Positions 59,396 to 64,000 of a DNA stretch of 64,000 bases are shown here, one piece after another; positions within the stretch are counted from its first letter, which is position 1, and each line of letters begins with the position of its first letter. This DNA comes from a virus. Made by a program: the position numbers and the translations under genes. The stretch lies in IMG/VR virus record IMGVR_UViG_3300009159_000048, positions 30,242 to 94,241 of that record; one strand, given 5' to 3'. A model generated the notes under the pieces. The model was not told where the DNA came from and ran no database searches. It saw only the letters and a list, made by a program, of their open reading frames with translations.

Positions 59396-61549
59396 TTGAT
59401 GAGTATTAAAGAGACACAAGAAAGGCAAATGATATTCACTACTAAGTTAGTAGATGAGGCAACAGATAAGATAAATGATGGTATTGTTGTTAAACGATAT
59501 CAAAATCCATGGCTAAAGAGTGAAGTAGGTCTTAGAAGACAAGGTGTTACTTTTAAGATGACCGCGAGTGAACAACAAGAGTATGTTAGATGTGCTGTTG
59601 ATGTTCACTACTTTGTAGAAAAATATTGTAAGGTGAAAAGAGAGGATGGTTCTATAGGATCTATCAAACTAAGAGATTATCAGAAAGAAATGCTTGACAA
59701 CTTTGTTAATAGTAGATTTAATATACTAATGGCTTCTCGTCAAGTTGGTAAGACTATCTCATCTTCTATTTTCATGTTACATAAAATACTATTTGACAAC
59801 GATAAAAATATAATGATTGTTGCCAACAAAGGAGATACGGCTGTAGAGATTGTTGATAAGATTAAGTCAATCTATTCATTATTACCTTTCTTCTTAAAAC
59901 CAGGTATTAAAACTTGGAATCAAAAGTCATTAACATTTGAGAATGGTTGTAGAATTAAAACATCAGCTAGAACAAAGACACCAGCCATCGGTTTTACCAT
60001 TGACGTTCTTTATCTTGATGAGTTTGCTCACATTCCGTCTAATATTATTGAACCATATTATACAGCCGCTTTCCCAACCACAGCAGCCGTTCAGAATTCT
60101 AAAATTATTATTACATCTACTCCCAACGGTATGAACTTATTCCATAAGTTATTAACAGATGCGGAAAGACCGGATGGTGATCCACAGAAAAACAACTACA
60201 AACCGATGAGAGTTTACTGGTATCAAGTACCGGGAAGATTCGTTACTTACATACGATTAAATCCACATAAGATGTACGAACACGGTGTTGATAAAGAAGA
60301 TATATTTAATCTTGTTAACGAGACTTGGGGACCACAAACTAAGGTTTTCATGGAATATAATATGGATTTATTAAAAGATGTCATAAATGTTTTCAATAAT
60401 GATTTGTGTACAGATGAGAATGTTAAAAAAATGATGTTTATTGATAAAAATGGTCTTGAAGTACCTATTATGGCAATTGCTGAAATGACAACTTGGAAAG
60501 AAGAAGCTATAAAAGATATTGGTGGAGAAGACGCATTTAACCAAGAATATGGTTTGAGATTTATAAACTCAAGTAAGTCACTTCTAAGTGAAGGAATAAT
60601 TGAAGAATTACTTAAAAATAAGAAAAATTACACATACGAAGATATATTTGAATTCGATAAGTTTATTAGGTTCAGTTATGAAGGATTAAAGTGGATTGAT
60701 GATGATGATGTATTCATACCAATTAAAAGAAAAAATTATAAAATTGTACTATCGGTCGATATTTCAGAAGGTCTCGGACAAGACTACTCTGTTATAAATA
60801 TATTTAAAATTGTCAATAAGTCAAAAGATATAATAGACCAACAAAAACTCTCATATAAATCAATTGTAGACTTTTTCAGATTAGAACAAATTGGATTGTT
60901 TAGAAGTAATATAATATCAGTAAAACAATTATCAGAACTATTATATGTTTTAGTATTTGAGTATCTTAATCCAGAAAATGTAAAGGTGGTCTTAGAATTA
61001 AACAACTACGGAAATGCTCTTCTTGCTGAAATGCCTCACGTATTTGATGGAAATAATAATTATGGATCTAGTGTATTTGTTAGATACAAACACAGAGCGG
61101 ATTCAACCGAAGAAAAAATAGGTCTAAAAGTAGGTGAAAATAAAAATATGTTGGTAAAAGACTATCAAGATTTAATGCTAAACAAAGGATTTTCAATAAA
61201 CAACGAAGAAACAATTAGAGAAATAACAACTTTTGTTAAACACACAACATCGGCCGGAAACATAAAGTACGCAGCTGATGTAGGACACGACGACTGTGTA
61301 ATGACTATTGTCAACGCCACTTCAATATTTAATAAAAATGAATTTAGAGAAATGGTAGATGAATGGATGTCTAAAGAACTTGAAAAGGAATTTTCAAATT
61401 ATATAAACCAATGTTTATCAAATATTGATTATGTAGAGGGAGTAGACTATGGTCAGGTACTGAAAGTAAGAAAACAATTTCAGAACAGATATAAATCAGG
61501 AGGATCTTCTGGGGGAAATAACTTAGACTGGTTTAATAGAAAACTTTAA
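59396..61549 (+). CDS. Terminase large subunit (T4 gp17-like)
   Basis: LRDYQ, ASRQVGKT, YLDEFAH, ITSTPNG, FNQEY, SVDISEGLGQDYS, HDDCVM. Confidence 0.96.
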   Translation: MMSIKETQERQMIFTTKLVDEATDKINDGIVVKRYQNPWLKSEVGLRRQGVTFKMTASEQQEYVRCAVDVHYFVEKYCKVKREDGSIGSIKLRDYQKEMLDNFVNSRFNILMASRQVGKTISSSIFMLHKILFDNDKNIMIVANKGDTAVEIVDKIKSIYSLLPFFLKPGIKTWNQKSLTFENGCRIKTSARTKTPAIGFTIDVLYLDEFAHIPSNIIEPYYTAAFPTTAAVQNSKIIITSTPNGMNLFHKLLTDAERPDGDPQKNNYKPMRVYWYQVPGRFVTYIRLNPHKMYEHGVDKEDIFNLVNETWGPQTKVFMEYNMDLLKDVINVFNNDLCTDENVKKMMFIDKNGLEVPIMAIAEMTTWKEEAIKDIGGEDAFNQEYGLRFINSSKSLLSEGIIEELLKNKKNYTYEDIFEFDKFIRFSYEGLKWIDDDDVFIPIKRKNYKIVLSVDISEGLGQDYSVINIFKIVNKSKDIIDQQKLSYKSIVDFFRLEQIGLFRSNIISVKQLSELLYVLVFEYLNPENVKVVLELNNYGNALLAEMPHVFDGNNNYGSSVFVRYKHRADSTEEKIGLKVGENKNMLVKDYQDLMLNKGFSINNEETIREITTFVKHTTSAGNIKYAADVGHDDCVMTIVNATSIFNKNEFREMVDEWMSKELEKEFSNYINQCLSNIDYVEGVDYGQVLKVRKQFQNRYKSGGSSGGNNLDWFNRKL

Positions 61550-61830
61550 CTGTTAACTTCCATTGTTACACTCAGACCAGAAATTTGAAGTTTTTCCTTC
61601 ATTTTAGAAACTGTATCATAATCACCATATTTAACATCACATTTACCGTTAAAGTGAACAATATGAGCACATTGAGAAGCTTGTTCAAGCTCATGTCCAC
61701 ATATTTTCATCAAACAGTTGATAACATGTTCAAATGTATTATAATCATCATTATGTAAAATTATTCGATAAGGTGAAGATAAAATCTCTTCTACTTTTGA
61801 ATTAGTTTTGGTTTTAGTAATTGTTGCCAT
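61546..61830 (-). CDS. clpS: ATP-dependent Clp protease adaptor ClpS
   Basis: ILHNDDYNTFEHVI, QASQCAHIVHFNGKCDVK. Confidence 0.92.
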   Translation of the reverse strand: MATITKTKTNSKVEEILSSPYRIILHNDDYNTFEHVINCLMKICGHELEQASQCAHIVHFNGKCDVKYGDYDTVSKMKEKLQISGLSVTMEVNS

Positions 61831-61848
61831 AATTATTTTATTTGTTAT

Positions 61849-62361
61849 TTAATTAAAAGTTTTAATTGTTTTATTTACAACATCAACAACTGTAACTTTA
61901 CAAGGTTGTGTTTTAGCCCATTCCTCAAATTTTGGTAAATGCTCTTGTCTATCATCATACATAATAAACTCTTCCGGTTTAATCTTATTGATTAAATTCT
62001 CAAAAAGTCTCGTCTTAAAATTGAAAGTATCTCCACCAAAATTTAAATAAACTTCATCAAAAGAAAGATTATGATGATTTAAAACTATCTCCACTTCTTT
62101 TCTTAAAGGCTCAATACGACCAGTAGCCATAATTAAATAAACAGATTCATCTGTAACAGCTTCTAAGTATTTTTGATAAACCCAATCATTAATAGGAATA
62201 TCAAAAACATTCAAATCCAAACTTTCAGGCTTTGACCACCATCCTCTATGAGGCCATTCAGTACCGGTTTTCTCGAACCAAATTTCTTTACCGTCTTCCG
62301 GTAATGGTGTGTGACAAAGTGTGTCATCAAAATCAAAACAGATTAATTTAGAATATTTCAT
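61849..62361 (-). CDS. HAD-superfamily phosphatase (Swiss Army Knife RNA-repair-like)
   Basis: CFDFDDTL, WWSKPESL, MATGR, FK, MYDDR; TATATTTG -7 element at 62367-62374. Confidence 0.8.
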   Translation of the reverse strand: MKYSKLICFDFDDTLCHTPLPEDGKEIWFEKTGTEWPHRGWWSKPESLDLNVFDIPINDWVYQKYLEAVTDESVYLIMATGRIEPLRKEVEIVLNHHNLSFDEVYLNFGGDTFNFKTRLFENLINKIKPEEFIMYDDRQEHLPKFEEWAKTQPCKVTVVDVVNKTIKTFN

Positions 62362-62429
62362 AAGTACAAATATATATCAAATTTTTAAAATAAAAAATAA
62401 AGTAGATTACTTTTTTATATATATCAAAA

Positions 62430-62496
62430 AATATTAAAATGATGAAATTAGATATTAAAAAAAAGAATATTAAAATGATGAAATTAGATATTAAAA
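62430..62496 (+). repeat. 31-bp direct repeat (36-bp period) duplicating a translation start
   Basis: AATATTAAAATGATGAAATTAGATATTAAAA at 62430-62460 and 62466-62496. Confidence 0.9.
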
Positions 62497-62897
62497 CAAT
62501 AATAATCTTGATTTTATTAGTAACTTCTTTATTCTTTGGATTAAAGTGGTTCTGGGGTGGAAACAAAGATTTAAAAAATGAAGCAAATCGATTAGAACAA
62601 GAATTCAAAGAACTAGAAAAGAGGAAAAAAGAAACAGATTTAGAAATAGAATCTTGGAAAGAAAAATTTAATTCTCTAAAATCTGAAGAATCAAAATTAA
62701 AACAAGAAAACGAAAAACTTGAACAACAAACAAAAAAAGCCGAACAAGATGCTAACATATCGAAAGCTAATTTAGACAAACTAAAAGTCGAGATTAAAGA
62801 AACTCAAGAAAAAATTGAAGAATTTAAGAAAAATCCACCAAATAGAACTGGAGACGCTCTTTTAGAATCAATAAAAAATAAAACAAAAACTCTATGA
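62439..62897 (+). CDS. N-terminally anchored coiled-coil membrane protein (i-spanin-like)
   Basis: One TM helix then a long coiled coil; ATGA-coupled to the next gene. Confidence 0.55.
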   Translation: MMKLDIKKKNIKMMKLDIKTIIILILLVTSLFFGLKWFWGGNKDLKNEANRLEQEFKELEKRKKETDLEIESWKEKFNSLKSEESKLKQENEKLEQQTKKAEQDANISKANLDKLKVEIKETQEKIEEFKKNPPNRTGDALLESIKNKTKTL

Positions 62898-63394
62898 AAA
62901 GTATTTTATTAATTTTTGCATTAATTATAAGTCTTTTTTCTTACTCACAAAAGATAGACTATCCAAAATTTGAAATAGACTCACTTGGTCAACAAGTAGT
63001 TGTAATGACAATTGAACAAGCTCAGGCACTTGATAACAATTCAGAACTTCTTTTACTTTTTGAGAAATTAAATTCTCAAATGACAGATTATGACTCAGTT
63101 TGTGTGAAAGTAATCAATGATAAAGATAACGTAATTGCTTCTCAGAAAATGGAAATATCAAATCTTAAAAAATCACTAGAAAATAAAGATGACCAAATTA
63201 CATCTTTACAAGGTGAAATAAGCGGATATGTTAAGAAAATTTCGATTTTAGAATTAGAGGTTCAAAATAGACAAAACCTAGTAGACGTAAAAGACAAACA
63301 AATCAAAAGATTGAAAACAAAAATGATACTAGGAGGAGCAGGTGGAGGACTTGCAATTATCGGTCTAATACTAGGAATTATCCTTATAAACTAA
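62894..63394 (+). CDS. Signal peptide + coiled coil + C-terminal TM protein (spanin-like)
   Basis: MKSILLIFALIISLFSYSQ signal; C-terminal GGAGGGLAIIGLILGIILI. Confidence 0.5.
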   Translation: MKSILLIFALIISLFSYSQKIDYPKFEIDSLGQQVVVMTIEQAQALDNNSELLLLFEKLNSQMTDYDSVCVKVINDKDNVIASQKMEISNLKKSLENKDDQITSLQGEISGYVKKISILELEVQNRQNLVDVKDKQIKRLKTKMILGGAGGGLAIIGLILGIILIN

Positions 63395-63451
63395 AGTAAA
63401 AAAATGACTTTTTTTACTTAATATATAAGTTATAAAAAATATTTATAAAAA

Positions 63452-64000
63452 ATGAAGCATATTAGAACATTTGAAAAATATCGCATTACAAAGAATAGAG
63501 AAGAAATAATCAAAGAATCTGTTCTTCAAGTAAATGATATTTATAAAGTTAAGACTATGATTGATATCCCACAATCATTAATCAATGCTTATGTTAAGAA
63601 AGTTAAAGATACTACTGGTAAAAACTTACGTCAGTTTTTTGGTGATGTAGATATCGCAGAAGAAATAGTAAAATTCATCAACTTAAATAATCTTGATGTT
63701 GAAAAAATCCCAGGAAATGCAATAATGGGTGGTGCACAAGGACAAGTTCAAGGACAACCACAGGTACAAACTGAGGGAGAAGCGCAAACTCAACCACAAG
63801 CTCAACCACAAGCTCAAGAAGAGCCACAAGCTCAGCCACAAGCTCAGCCACAAGCTCAGCCACAAGCTCAGCCACAAGCTCAAGGTGAAGGCCAAGGACA
63901 GTTTGAGGAACCACAGGCTCAAGGTCAAGGACAGGCTCAAGGTCAAGGACAGGCTCAAGGTCAAGGACAGGCTCAAGGTCAAGGACAGGCTCAAGGTCAA
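63452..64000 (+). CDS. Protein with MKHIRTFEKY leader and Gln/Pro/Gly/Ala low-complexity tail; runs off the window end
   Basis: Manual translation from ATG 63452 is open to 64000; TAATATATA at 63419-63427. Confidence 0.85.
   Translation, partial: MKHIRTFEKYRITKNREEIIKESVLQVNDIYKVKTMIDIPQSLINAYVKKVKDTTGKNLRQFFGDVDIAEEIVKFINLNNLDVEKIPGNAIMGGAQGQVQGQPQVQTEGEAQTQPQAQPQAQEEPQAQPQAQPQAQPQAQPQAQGEGQGQFEEPQAQGQGQAQGQGQAQGQGQAQGQGQAQGQ
63791..64000 (+). repeat. Coding tandem repeats: 12-bp (QPQA) and 18-bp (QAQGQG)
   Basis: AGCCACAAGCTC x5 at 63822-63881 plus two variants from 63791; ACAGGCTCAAGGTCAAGG x4 plus a partial copy at 63913-64000. Confidence 0.95.

Noticed and set aside
60230-60500. Intein in the terminase
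   Set aside because: No Cys/Ser start, no His-Asn end and no LAGLIDADG motifs; the insert is short.
63678-64000. Minus-strand ORFs of LSLW/VAEL repeats, and a possible CRISPR-like array
   Set aside because: These are antisense shadows of the plus-strand Gln-rich gene; the repeats are head-to-tail with no spacers.
1-64000. tRNA, rRNA, integrase or IS elements
   Set aside because: None recognised; intergenic gaps are short, AT-rich and accounted for by promoters and terminators.

Overview
This is a very AT-rich, densely coding 64-kb segment of a large contractile-tailed phage genome with T4-like modules (jumbo-phage style). The host is most likely Bacteroidota, judged from TTTG-N19/20-TAnnTTTG promoters. 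Recognisable genes: family B DNA polymerase (5' part), thyA, a NEIL1-like glycosylase, a 2H phosphoesterase, an M28-type peptidase, a ~10-kb glycosylation island, a PolA-fold protein, a tape-measure-like protein, a large baseplate protein, a GIY-YIG endonuclease, a gp47/SbcD nuclease, a polysaccharide-lyase-like protein, tail tube, baseplate hub, tail sheath, terminase large subunit, ClpS and HAD proteins. The most unusual signals are: (1) three dispersed small genes that look like pieces of a gp23-type major capsid protein, each carrying a short R-x-x-[KSA]-I-x-x-[LI]-[LF] tag that also ends two degenerate P-loop proteins; (2) about a dozen otherwise unrelated proteins sharing an N-terminal MK-x-hydrophobic-x-x-[FY]-E-x-F leader, mostly behind a TAATATATA motif; (3) three distinct promoter classes; (4) a candidate +1 frameshift in the hub/chaperone gene pair. 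All homology calls come from motif recognition by eye; no database search was run.
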